A stretch of 64,000 bases of DNA from the NCBI RefSeq assembly GCF_963921235.1, contig NC_086097.1:239198001-239262000 (forward strand), in the 5' to 3' direction. This stretch comes from Mobula hypostoma. Lineage: Eukaryota. Positions 49,191-62,039 of this stretch are shown piece after piece; the first letter of the stretch is position 1; every line of letters starts with the position of its first letter. The notes under the pieces are model-generated. The model did no database searches, was not told where the DNA came from, and saw only the letters and a program-made list of their open reading frames with translations. The translations under genes and the position numbers were made by a program.

Positions 49191-51261
49191 AAAGACCATA
49201 AGATATAGGAGCCTCCCACCCATGAACTTTGTCTATACCTCTTGCTGCCTCAGTAAAGCAGCCAGCATAATGAAAGACCCCACCCGTCCTGGACATTCTC
49301 TGTCCTCCCCCCCACCCCCACCAGGCAGAAGATATAAAGGCCTGAAAGCACATACCGCCAGGCTCAGGAACAGTTTTGATCTCATTGTTATCAGGCTCTT
49401 GAATAAACCCCGAGGATAAGATGAAATCTTGACTCCACAATCTACCTCATTACTACCTTGCAAGTATTGCACTTCCTCTGTAGCTTTTACACTTTATTAT
49501 GTGTTGTTTTTTTTTACCTTGTACTAGCTCAATGCACTGTGTAATAATTTGATCTTACGTTCTCACCATTTGATCATAAAACTATAGAACTTTCAAAGAA
49601 AGGAAACTATGTTTGGGGTTGAAGGTATCATTCCAGAGTTACTTTTGCAACGTATTACCCAGACAGCCTGTGTGTAGATTGCAAGCTCTCTTCTATTTCT
49701 TCCTCTTATTGAATCAATTGGAGGAGGATGGATTCCTTGACTTCGGGTTCACCGTCACGAGATGCCATTCCAATTTCCCCGTGGTATTTACCTAAGACTT
49801 GTGTTAACAAAGAGATGCTCTCAATGTAGCTGAGGAGTTAAAACTTACTTCCAGTGATCGTCCAACCTCTTCATTTGCACGTGTGGTCCAGCATTTTTAT
49901 CATCCACGTCTAATCTGGGAAAAGTGTGCACAAACTTGTATCCCATATTACATAGATTTTGTGAGTTATTTTCTATCAAGGACTAAAGTGCAAAAGAACA
50001 GAATGATAATTGATACAATAAAATTCTGAGTTTTACAAATCTTTTTACCTATAATCTTCTACTGGAACTTCCACATATCAGCAGGTGAAGTAATTTAATT
50101 GAGCCAGTATATTCATTTTAATATGTGATGCATTAAAATCAAATTCAGGAAATCCTCAATTTACTTTTGAAGCCTGACTATTACAGCTCATTAAAATATG
50201 ACTTCTATTTAAACAAAAATTATACTGCAATTACATGATTATTTTATTCTATAAAAACAGAAGCTGTCTCGATAGGTCAGAATTAAAGTGACCAAATCAT
50301 CCGTTGAAATAACTGAGGAAATGTACATTTAAGTATTTTTATGCATTATAATTAGGAGAAAGTGAATCTGTATAGATTCTCAGTTGCTCTCCAACTGGAT
50401 AAGAGTTTTCTCATGGGTTAAGGGTGAAAGGTGAAAGATTTAAGGGGAACATGAGGGGAAACTTCTTCACTGAGAGGATAGTGAGTGTGTGGAATGAGCT
50501 GCCAGTGCAAGTGGTGCATGTGAGCTTGATGTCAACATTCAAGAGAACTTTGGATGGGTATCTGAATGAGAGGGGTATGGAAAGCGATGGTCCGGGTGCA
50601 GGTCGATGGGAGTAGGCAATTTAAATGGTTCATCACGGATTGGATGAGCTGAAGAGCCTGTCCTGTGCTGTAGTTTTCTATGACTTTATGACTTATGTTA
50701 AGAAGTCCAGAGAAGTCAGTATTTTTCCAGTTATTTGGAGAACAGAAACTAATGCACTCTTCAATACTAAGTTTCAACATTTACTCCCGTTGGAATCTTC
50801 TTTGGCTTTTAGTGTAATTACAACTCTATGGATCTTCTGTGGAGAGGATGCTGACTAGTTGCATCACCATCTGCTGTGGAGGCTCCAAAGCACAGGATCG
50901 TAAAAAGCTGCAGAGGATTGTACACTCAGCCAGCTCCATCTGCATCATGGGCGCTAGCCTCCCCACCATCAAAGATTTCTTCACTCACCTCAACCTATAG
51001 ATTCCATTTCAAGGACTCTACAACTCAAGTTCTCAGTATTTATTTATTTATTTTGACAATTTGTCTTCTTTTGTACGATTGATTGTTTGTCAGTCTTTGT
51101 TGTTTATGTACTGTATAGTTCTTCATAAACTCCATTGTATTTCTTTATTTTTCTGCAGGAAAATGAGTCTCAAGGTAGAATATGATGATATATATGCACT
51201 TTGATAATAAATTTGCTTTGACTTTGAATCTTTTTGCTCTACTTATTGATTTTTTTATATA

Positions 51262-51777
51262 CATCTTGTATCTAATAAAGGGGTCACTGAATACATGTTT
51301 GTGGTCTTCTGCTCCTGTAGCCCATCCACTTCAAGATTTGATGTCTTGCACATTCAGAGATGCTCTTCTGCAAACCATTGTTGTAACATGAATTATTTGC
51401 ATTACTGTCAGCTTTTATCAGTCTGGCTATTCTCCCCGACCTCTCTCATTAACAAGGTGTTTTTGCCCACTCACTGGATATTTGTTTGTTTTTTTGCACC
51501 ATTCTCTATAAACTCCAGCAACTGCTGTGTGTGAAAATCCCAGAAGATCAGTTTCCGATTTACTCAAACCACCCTGTCTGGCACCAACAATCATTTTGCA
51601 GTCAAAGTCACCTTGATCACATTTCTTCCTTATTCTGATGTTTGGTTTGATCATCAGTTGAACCTCCTGACCATGTCTGCATGCTGTTATGTTTGAGTTG
51701 CTGCACATGATTGGCTGATAGATATTTGCATTACTGAGCATTTCTACATGTGTACCTAATAAAGTGTACTCTGAGTG
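51262..51777 (-). mobile_element. Non-autonomous Tc1-like DNA transposon with transposase N-terminal remnant
   Basis: TIR ..TGTACCTAATAAAGTGTACTCTGAGTG followed by TA; ORF 51427..51783 KKCDQGDFDCKMIVGARQGGLSKSETDLLGFSHTAVAGVYREW resembles a Tc1 paired-HTH domain. Confidence 0.8.
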
Positions 51778-51879
51778 TATCATATATTACATATAACAAG
51801 TGGTAAACAAACCTCTGAGTGTTAGAAGAGAGCAAACAGGTATGTACGGTTTTCATTTATGGGTCATCTAGACAGACTG

Positions 51880-51990
51880 CAAACTGCACCAACCACAGAT
51901 TAGTAATTGACTCATGTAAAGACATCTCAGGCTTTAACCATCTGAGAAAATCCTGGACAACCTTCAACTGCTTGAGAACCATTGAAGGAG
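51880..51990 (+). mobile_element. Possible Ingi/Vingi LINE C-terminal remnant
   Basis: Translation SGFNHLRKSWTTFNCLRTIEG resembles the Vingi-type GFxLPRxxWxTLNRLRTGxG motif. Confidence 0.45.
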
Positions 51991-52368
51991 AATATGACAC
52001 AGTAGAACCTGAGAAACAAACCATCAAATCCAACTGTCACCCACACACTGAACTCCTGCACTGAGAGATCCATATCGTGTATTGTAAGACCACATTTATA
52101 AGACCACACTTGGAATATTGTGTTCAGTTCTGGTCACCTCATTTTAGGAAGGGTGTGGAAGCTTTAGAGAGGGTGCCGAAGAGATTTACCAGGATGGTGC
52201 CTGGGTGAGAGAGCATGGTTATGAGGATAGATTGAGTGAGCTAGGGCTTTTCTCTTTGGAGTGAAGGATGACAAGAGGTGAATTGATGGAGGGGTACAAG
52301 ATGATAAGAGGCATAGAATCAGTGGATAGACATATACTTTTACCCACGTTGTAAATGGCTAACACAAG

Positions 52369-53203
52369 ATCTCCGCTTTCCGCAGGGATTGGTCCCTCCA
52401 CGACTCCCTGGTCCACACGTCCCTCCCCACAGATCTCCCACCTGGCACTTATCCCTGTAAGCACCTGTCCCTGCACCTCCTCTCTTGCCACCATTCAGGG
52501 CCCCAAACAGTCCTTCCAGGTGAGGCAACACTTCACTTGTGAGTCTGTTAGGGTCATCTATTGCATTCGGTGCTCCCGATGCGGCCTCCTCTACATCGGT
52601 GAAACCCGACGCAGATTGGGGGACCACTTCGCGAGCACCTCTGCTCCATCCGCCACAACAGACACGATCTCCCAGTAGCCACCCACTTCAACTCTGCTTC
52701 CCATTTCCATTCAGGTATGTCCATACATGGCCTCCTCTACTGCCATGTTGAGGCTAAACTCAGGTTAGAGGAGCACACCTCATATACTGGTTAGGTAGTC
52801 TCCAGCCCCTTGGTATGAACACAGAATTCTCCAACTTCTGGTAATTCCTTCCCCCTCCCTTCCTCTTTCCCTATTTCACTCTGCCCCCTCCCCCAGCTGC
52901 CTATCACTTCCCTCATGTATCCGCCTCTTTCTACTACCCCATTGTGTTTTCCCCTATTCCTTCTTCACCTTTCCTGCCTATCCCCTCCCTGCTTCCCCTC
53001 CCCCATGCCTTTGTCTTTCCCCTTACTGGTTTTTCACCTGGAACCTACCAGCCTTCTCCTTCCCACCCTGCCCCCACCTTCTTTATAGGGCCTCTGCCTC
53101 TTCCCTCTACAGTCCTGACAAAGGGTTCCAGCCCGAAACGTTGACTGATCGTTTCCACGGATGCTGCCCGACCTACTGAGTTCCTCCAGTGTGCTGTGAG
53201 TGT
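52369..53203 (+). mobile_element. Penelope-like element 3' fragment: GIY-YIG endonuclease remnant plus pLTR with hammerhead, inserted in a CR1 3' fragment (~52070-53340)
   Basis: FQVRQHFTCESVRVIYCIRCSRCGLLYIGETRRRLGDHF (IY..CxxC..YIGET..R); hammerhead-like CAGTC-CTGACAA..GAAACGTT-GACTG at 53110-53147. Confidence 0.9.
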
Positions 53204-53519
53204 AGCTACACAAAAGATTTTAAAAATGGAATGTTATGTGGGAGGAAAGGGTTAGATTGATCTTAGAGTAGGTTAAGAGGATAGCACTGGATCATGGGCT
53301 ATAGGGTCTACACTGTGCCGTACTGATCTATGTTGCTTTATAATAACCCCATTCACCCTGTCACATCTTCAGCAGATTGAAAACTTTGACATCGAACCAT
53401 GGCCACAATAACACCTAGATATCCACAATGCCATGCAATGTTCAACTACATTTGTAAAAACTCTTGCAGTAAGTCACAAACACAGAACAAAGTGTAACAA
53501 TTTTGCTGTTTTTAAACCA

Positions 53520-53710
53520 ACACACACAACATGCTGGAGGAACTCAGCAGGACAGGCAGCATCCAGGAAATGTTGCAGTCCTGCCAAAGGGTTTCGGCCC
53601 AGAACATTGACTGTATTCCTTTCCTAGATGCTGCCTGGCCTGCTGAGTTCCTCCGGCATGTTGTGTGTGTGATGCTTGGATTTCCAGCATCAGCAGATTT
53701 TCTCTTGTTG
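53520..53710. mobile_element. Palindromic Penelope-derived element
   Basis: 51-bp inverted arms (53520-53570, 53620-53670; 3 mismatches) enclosing a degenerate hammerhead (53576-53613). Confidence 0.85.
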
Positions 53711-54949
53711 CTGCTTCTAAAAACAGTATTAAGTTTGCAAAAAATTAGCAACATGCAATTTGGCCAATTTAACACCGTGGCATCTTCCCACCACCAGTAC
53801 ATTTCTGTATGCACTAAAATCTTTTCTCAAACTGCTGGTAGAGATCAATTTGCATTCAGTTTACAACAACTGGTCTGATGGAATAGTGTAGACTGCATTG
53901 GACTTGTACTAAATTAGATAAGAGTGATAAATGTTCAAGTCATTGTAACATATCATACTTTTTCACATGGCTGGAAGGTGATGAAATCTGCATTAATTTA
54001 CATTAAGTTATCTCTCCAGTGCGATGGATGCTTTCCGCGCTAATGTTCTCGGTCAAAGACTTAAGTTCCAACCATTGTCTAAGATTTAAGTTACATCAGA
54101 CTGCACAGGTAATAACTCTTATCCTATTTTTTCAATCTTGGGCACATATCCAAGATAAGAAAAGATTTCATGACAACAGTAATTTGATTAATTTCTTTAA
54201 TATATGTTTTATCTTGCTCAACCTCAATGCACTGTGCAATGATTTGATCTGTGTGAACAGTGTGCAAGAAAAGCTTTTCTTTGTATCTTGTGACAAATAA
54301 TAAATCAGTACCAATACCCTTCCAATTGCCGAGTCAAACTTTAATCCTGGTTTCTCGGTCCTCATCCATCATCATCTGTGAGTCCTGGGTTCGATATTGA
54401 CTGAAGTGCGAAGATCAATCAGAAGTCCAGATTGAAACTGAAGGTCAATTGCAAGACAAGACTGAGGCCCAAAGGATGGTTGGAAGGCAATATCAAAGCC
54501 CGGACATTGATTGGCAGAGCAGATTGAAGTCCAGTAGTCGAGGCCTTTAGGCGGGAGCCTGGTCTGCAGACCTTTTGAGTCCACTGGGGAAGTAAGGACC
54601 CAGTAGTTTGTGAATCCATTTATCTTCTGGAGAATGGAGAACAAAGAAGACAGCTTGCCCCTCAAATATGTTGACCGTGTGTGTGTGTGGGTGGGTGGGA
54701 TAGACGGCTTGTTTCACTGTTGTTGCTGTGGAGCTTGGCACGTTCTGTATTGTTGTGTTCTGTGTTCTGCTGAGCATTAGGCATGCTATGCTAGTGCCAG
54801 GATGTGTGATGACACTTGGAGGCTCCCTGCCAGCACCTGGGTGTATTGGTTGTGAACATAAATAGCGCATTTCACCGTATGTTTCAATGTACATGTGATA
54901 AATTAATTGAAACCTAAAACCTGAAAGATGGCTTTACATTTCCTGAAGA

Positions 54950-55700
54950 AGGGTAAGATGAAAGAACACATAGCAATCCTTATAGAGGGATCAGAAGCGG
55001 AGAGAGTTAGCGATGTCAAGGTCCTGCGTGTCAAGACCTCTGAGGACCTCACTTGGTCCCAACATATCGATGCAGCTATAAAGAAGGCAAGACAGCGACT
55101 ATACTTCATTAGGAGTTTGAAGTGGTTGGTATGTCAAAAAAACACTCAAAAACTTTTATAGATGTACCATGGAGCCATTCTGACAGGCTGCATCACTGTC
55201 TGGTATGGGGGATCGGGGAGCGCTACTGCACAGGACCAAAAGAAGCTGCAGAGGGTCGTAAATTTAGTTGGCTCCATCTTGGGTACAAGCCTACAAAGTA
55301 CAAAGTATCCCTTAAGGAGCAGTGTCTCAGAAAGGCAGCATCCATTAAGGACCCCCAGCACCCAAGGCATGCCCTTTCCTCACTGTTACCATCAGGAAGG
55401 AGGTACAGAAACCTGAAGGCAAACACTCAGTGACTCAGAAACAGCTTCTTCGCCTCTGCCATCCGATTCCTAAATGGACATTGAACCCATGAACACTACC
55501 TCACTTTTTAAATATATATTATTTCTGTTTTTGCATGATTTTTAATCTATTCAATATATGTGTACTGTAATTGATTGATGGATTGATTGATTATTATTAT
55601 TATTTTTCTTCTTCTATATTATGTATTGCATTGAACTGCTGCTGCTAATTTAACAAATTTCATGACACATGCCGGTGATAATAAACCTGATTCTGATTCA
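54950..55700 (+). mobile_element. Rex/Babar-like LINE 3' fragment with (GATTCT)n tail
   Basis: DLTWSQHIDAAIKKARQRLYFIR, ILTGCITVWYG, SLLPSGRRYR. Confidence 0.85.
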
Positions 55701-57029
55701 GAAGGGCAAAAGTATGTAATATTAATCAAGCCAAAAATTGATTAATATTACACATGCTGTCAAATGCAGAGGAAGGAAAGGAAGAGCTGGTATAAGAGAA
55801 GAAGAGAATTGTTAGAAGTTCCTTACTCAAAAGCTTACGGGAAATGAAGGCTGATCCATTTCCAAAAATCAAAGCATGAACAAGGAATTTGGTCGTAGAG
55901 GTGGATGTTAATGAGTTATGGACTTAAAGAGGGGATGCACATACTCCTGTGCTGGAATAACAACCTCTAATGGTAATGATAGAATAGAACTGAAATGGAG
56001 TTTCTAGAACATTCCTCCTCATACCCCCCGCAGCCCTGCACTTGTGCTTTTTTTTTCTTTCTGACATCCTAAAGCCTTTTACTTTGGTGAACCTATGGAC
56101 CGCAATTTGTGATTTGATTTCAAATCATTAGATAATGCCTCAGGAAGCTTCTGTTAAAAATACAGGTCAAGTCTAGTTTATTGTAATTTCTATCAAACGA
56201 TACTATATTTCTGGACCATGGTGTAAAGCACAGTAGTAAACATAACATACAATAACTTTGGAAGGTAAGAATTAAATCTACAAATGAATTATGCATAGAT
56301 AAATGAATGAATAGATGAATGAATGCATAGATAAATGAAGAAATCTAACACTATTGTAATTTAGTGTTGTCACAGGGCTCCTTATCCAAGAAGAATGGAG
56401 AAATCTACAGAGATAAGAAGTGTGTGCACCCGTGCATTAAACAGCTTGGAAGTATGATGAAGTAAAACATGAATGGAATGTTTAGCTACAATAAGCTCTG
56501 AGCTATACTGTGTTTCATTGATAAATCGGGAACCACGGAGTGTTTCATTGGTAACCGGTAAACGCTATACATTTTGAATTCCTGAAAACCCAGAGCTATT
56601 GGACCTACTGCTAGAAGCTGAGCATGACCTACAGATGCTGCTATCTAACTTGTTTTCAACAAACAATTAACTTGCATCCAATGTTATCTCAAAGTTCAAA
56701 ATTCAAAGTACATTTATTGCCAAAGCATGTATTCAGTATACAGCTCTGAGATTCATTTTCTCCAGACAGCCAAAGCAAAGAAAACCATAGAAGCCATTCA
56801 GAGAAAAAAAAACATCAACTTCTACACCTGCCACATGAAAAAAGAAACAAATCACGCAAACAGCAACATGAACATCAAACCCACCCCCTACACCCAAGCA
56901 AACAAATCGTACAAAAAGGCAACAAGAAAGAACAAGTGTGAGGAGAAAGAAATTCATCCTCAATTTCTCACAGTAAATAAATAATAGATAGCATCATAAA
57001 GGAATCCTAGGTGACAACGTTAACAAATA

Positions 57030-57740
57030 TAGAATATGGAACATAGAACGTTACAGAAGAGTATTGACTCTTCACTTCACAATGTTGGGCAGCCTTTTAA
57101 CCTACTGTAAGATCAATCTAACCCAACCTTTCCCTTCTACATAATTCTCTATTTTTCTATGATTGATATATCTGTCTAAGAGTTTCTTAAATACCTGTAC
57201 TATAATGGCCTCTACCACTAAGTCTGGCAGGGCGTTCCAAGCACCTACCACTGTCCGTGTAAAAATATTTACCTCTGACATTCTCCCTATATTTTCCTCC
57301 AATCACCTTACAATTATGTCCACTCGTATTATCCATTTCCATCCCTGGCTGACTACCTCATCATCTTGCACACCTCCATCAAGTCACCTTTCATTCTCCT
57401 TCTCTCCAAAGAGGAAAGCTCTTGCTCATTCCGCCTTTCCTCATAAGTCCAAGAGGCATCTGGTAAATCTCCTCTGCATCCTCTCAAAAGCTTCCACATC
57501 CTTCCTATAAGGAAGTGATCAAAACTGAAGACAATATTCTAAGTGTGTTCTAACCAGGGTTAAAAAGGGCTGAAACATTACCTCTCGGCTCTTGAACATC
57601 ATTCTCCAAATAATGAAGGCTGACATGTCACATACCTTCTTAGCATTCCTATCAACTTGTGCTGCAACTTTGAGGGACCTATGGCTGTGAATCCCAAGAA
57701 CCCTCCATTCCTCCACACTGCTAATAATCCTGCCATAAAT
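57030..57740 (-). mobile_element. CR1 3' fragment
   Basis: Minus-strand FTRTVVGAWNALP and LVRTHLEYCLQF. Confidence 0.75.
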
Positions 57741-58440
57741 AAAATGGAATGATCTTCCGGTTAATTTACCAACTGCTTGAATGCAGGAATAGAAACTCAA
57801 AGTTAGACCCGCATCTTGGACTCCTGCATCTTTGTCTGAATTAATGTTTAATGTTTTGAGTTTACAAAACATAACAAATCCCTCATTTTCAGTTTACTCT
57901 ACGAGAATTTCAAGTTTGCCTGTTTTTCTTCAAGGTTACATCTTCAAGGTTTGCTTTAAAATAATAATGGTGTATAAATAATAAGAATAAAAAATAATAA
58001 AACACTTGTGTTTGTGTATCGGTGCTACTGGAGTTTGAGGCCTAGTATCTGGGGTCCCGTCACTGGTGAGCCTGGAATTCTAGGCCTAGTGCTTGATCAT
58101 GACATGGGATTGAACTAAGGATTGAGGCCCAAGGACAAATCAGAAGTCTGGAAGTTGAGGCCAGTTGTCTAGACCCCAGTCTATGAATCTCTGCGAGTCT
58201 GCTGGGGACATTGAAGCCCAGTGTCTGCGGGTCTGAGTCTGTGTCTGCTGGAGGTTTGCGCTGGAGTTAAAAGACTGTGTAATGTGCTTGGGTGGAAGAG
58301 AGGAACGGGGCTTGATTTTGCCATTGTTCTTCTGTTGCTTGTCATGTTCCCTGCTGTTCTGTCAAACATTGTAGGCAGGCCATGTTGGTGTCAGAATGTG
58401 TGTCGACCATTGTGGGCTGTCCACACGCAGCCTCAGGGGC

Positions 58441-58765
58441 AACACATAAAATCCAGGAGGAACTCAGCAGGTCAGGCAGCAGCAGCAAACAGTTGACGTT
58501 GCGGGCTGAAACACTTCTTCGGGAAGTGAAAGGGGAAGATGGCAGAATCAAAAGATGCAGGGAAGGGAAGGAGAATAACTAGAATGTGATAAGCAAAGCC
58601 AGGTGGCTGGAAAAGGTAAAGGGCGGGAGAGGAAGGAATCTGATAGGAGAGTCGAGTGGACCACAGGAAAAAGGGAAGGAGGATGGGACCCGGGGGAGGT
58701 GATAGGCAGGTGAGAAGAAGTAAGAGGCCAAAGTGGGTAATAAAGGTAGAGGGGAAATCAGTACC
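58441..58765 (-). mobile_element. Degenerate Penelope pLTR-like element
   Basis: GGAGGAACTCAGCAGGTCAGGCAGCA..CAGTTGACGTTGCGGGCTGAAAC and purine-rich body, homologous to 24749-24999. Confidence 0.7.
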
Positions 58766-59294
58766 AAAAGGAGAAATCAATATCCATGCCATCAGGTGGG
58801 AGGCAGGTGTTGCTCCTCCACCCTGAGGTGGCCTCATCATAGCACAAGCGGTGTGTTGGTTTTTAACACAAATGATGCATTTCACTGTATGTTTAAATGT
58901 ACACATGACAAACTTGAATCTTGACTTGACTATTGAATCTTGCACAAATTTTACTTATCATTAGTTTAAAAAATAGTTATTTTAACGGGCAATGCTCAAT
59001 AGACCAGATCACCTGATCCATTCCAGTTTCCAGGATCCTGACCTTCCCTTGGCCAGCTGCAGAGCTTACAGTCTGTCCGTTCGGTTCCACCTGATTCGCC
59101 AGTACTCCACACTCCACAGATGTGATTTTAAAATAGTAGAGAAAGTGTCTATACCATTCAGTTTTCTCCCCAGAAATTAATACACCTACTGATGTGTGCA
59201 AATCGCAGCAATTAATAAAATAAATAAACTTCCACAATTTTGTCTTTCACTTTGGCAATGCAGCAGCAATTTATTGAAATTCAATCTTTATTTA

Positions 59295-59805
59295 TACAGT
59301 CATAGAACACCACACCAGAGAAAGAGACTCTTCAGTTTATGTAGCCTGTGCTGAACTATTATTCTGCCTAGTCCCCTTCAACCTGCTCCGAGACCAGAAC
59401 CCTCCAAATCCCACTCATCCATGTGCCTATCCAAATTTTTCTTAAATGTTGAAATTGATGCCACGTCCACCACTTGCACTGGCAGTTCAATCCACACTGA
59501 GTGAAGAAGTTCCCCCTCAAGTTCCCTTCAAAAATTGCACCTTTCAGCCTTAATCCATAACCTCTAGTTGTAGTCCCACCTAATCTCAATGGAAAAAGTC
59601 TGCTTGCATTTATCTTATCAATAACCATCATAATCTATGAAATCACCTGTTAATCTTCTACATTCTATGAATAAAGTCCTAATTTATTCAGACTTTCCCT
59701 ATAACTCAGGTCCTCAAGTTCTGGCAACGTCCTTGTAAATTTTCTCTACTCTCTTTCAATCACATCTTTATGGTAGGTAGGTGACCAAAACTGTACACAG
59801 TACTC
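59295..59805 (-). mobile_element. CR1 3' fragment
   Basis: ORF 59368..59631 (LFPLRLGGTTTRGYGL..RGNFFTQ). Confidence 0.75.
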
Positions 59806-59809
59806 CCTG

Positions 59810-60200
59810 GTTCCTAAGATTGTCATAGCTGGGGGTGGTAGTGGGGATAAGCTCCCACTACCTATAAGGTGTCTCATGTAACAGCGTCTGACAGCCAAGT
59901 CCAACTCTTGGCCTTCATGTGTGGCTTAGCTACTAGGCCCAACAGAACTCTTCCTACTGACAAGAGAGGGGGCAAAGGTGGACCACTGGCACCTCAAAAC
60001 CAGTTGCTTCAGGCAGGTGGGGCATGTCAGCCTTGGATAGCAGCCCACCCAGGAGAAGGAAAACTCTGACTTTAAACTTCTGCTGCCTTGTGGCCATACC
60101 CACCCATGGGAAAGGCTTCGGGAGTAAACTCTGAGGAGGAAATCCAGAGACAGGGTCCCTTAGGCAGTTTGATATTGTTTACAGCTTCACTCTGGAAATC
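59810..60200 (+). mobile_element. Possible RTE-clade 5'UTR fragment
   Basis: GC-richer block containing AGGAGAAGGAAAACTCTGA..AAAC, a motif recalled from RTE 5' regions; no ORF support. Confidence 0.4.
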
Positions 60201-60369
60201 TCTTCCCCTACTTAAACTTCTGTCACCTGCCCTGTCTCATTTGCCAAAAGGAGATCAAGTATCACACCCTCTCCTGTTAGGACTTCTATGTACCGATTAA
60301 GGAAACTTTCTGAACACATTTGACAAACTCTTTCCCACCCAGTCCTTTTAAATAATAGAAGTCCAGTCA

Positions 60370-62038
60370 GTGGCGGGCAGGATTAAGGAAAACCCCAAGG
60401 CATTCTACAAGTATGTGAAGAACAAGAGGATAAGACGTGAAATAATAGGACCTATCAAGTGTGACAGTGGGACAGTGGGAACCAAAGGAAATAGCAGAGG
60501 TACTTAATGAAAGTTTTACTTCAGTATTCACCATGGAAAAGGGTCTTGGTGATTGTAGTGATGACTTTCAGCAGACTGAAAAGCTTGAGCACGTAGATAT
60601 TAAGAAAGAGAATGTGCTGGAGCTTTTGGAAAGCATCAAGTTGGAAAAGTCGCCGGGACCAGATAAGATGTACCCCAGGCTACTGTGTGAGATGAGGGAG
60701 GAGACTGCTGAGCCTTGATGATCTTTGCATCATCAATGGGAACAGGAGAGGTTCCAAAGAATTGGAGGGTTGCTGATGTTGTTCCCTTATTCAAGAAAGG
60801 GAGTCGACATAGCCCAGGAAATTATAGACCAGTGAGTCTTACTTCAGTGGTTGGTAAGTTGATGGAGAAGATCCTGAGAGGCAGGATTTATGAATATTTG
60901 GAGAGGTATAATATGATTAGGAACAGTCCATGGCTTTGTCAAGGGCAGGTCGTGCCTTACGAGCCTGATTGAATTTTTTGAGGATGTGACTAAACATATT
61001 GATGAAGGAAGAGCAGTAGATAGAGTGTATATGGATTTCAGCAAAGTAAGGTACCCCATGCAAGGCTTATTGAGAAAGTAAGGAGGCATGGGATCCAAGG
61101 GGGACATTGCTTTGTGGATGCAGAACTGGCTTGCCCACAGAAGGCCAAGAGTGGCTGCAGACGGGTCATATTCTGCATGGGGGTCGGTGACCAGTGGTGA
61201 GCCTCAGTGATCTGTTCTGGGACCCTTACTGATAGTATGCAAAACTGGGCTGAGAAGTGACAGATGGAGTTCAACCCAGGTAAGTGTGAAGTGGTTCATT
61301 TTGGTGACAGAATATAGTATTAATGGTAAGACTCTTGGCAGTGTGGAGGATCAGACGGATCTTGGGGTCTGAGTCCATAGGACACTCAAAGCATCTGCGC
61401 AGGGTGACTGTGGTTAAGAAGGCATATGGTGTATTGGCCTTCGTCAATCGTGGAATTGAATTTAGGAGCCGAGAGGTAATGTTGCAGCTATATAGGACGC
61501 TGGTCAGACCCCAGTTGGAGTACTGAGCTCAGTTCTGGTCACCTCACTACAGGAGGGATGTGGAAACCATAAAAAGGGTGCAGAGGAATGTTGCCTGGAT
61601 TGGGGAGCATGCCTTATGAAAACAGGTTGAGTGAACTCGGCCTTTTTTCCTTGGAGCAATGGAAGATGAGTGGTGACCTGATAGAGGTATATAAGATGAT
61701 GAGAGGCATTGATCGTGTGGATGGTCAGAGGCTTTTTCCCAGAGCTGAAATGGCTGCCACAAGAGGGCACAGGTTTAAGGTGCTGGGGAGTAGGTACAGA
61801 GGAGATGTCAGGGGTAAGTTCTTTACACAGAGAGTGGTGAGTGCATGGAATGGGCTGCCGGCAACGGTGGTGGACTGGGATATGATTGGATCTTTTAAGA
61901 GACTTTTGTATAGATACATGGAGCTTAGAAAAATAGAGGGCTATGAGTAACCCTAGTAATTTCTAAGGTAAGGACATGTTCGGCACAACTTTGTGGGCCG
62001 AAGGGCCTGTATTGTACTGTAGGTTTTCTATGTTTCTA
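60370..62038 (+). mobile_element. 5'-truncated CR1 with internal deletion of the RT catalytic region
   Basis: YRPVSLTSVVGKLME, LVRPQLEY, FFTQRVVSAWNGLP; jumps from the VLGPL region to the WAEK region near 61231; TTTCTATGTTTCTA tail. Confidence 0.88.
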
Positions 62039-62039
62039 A

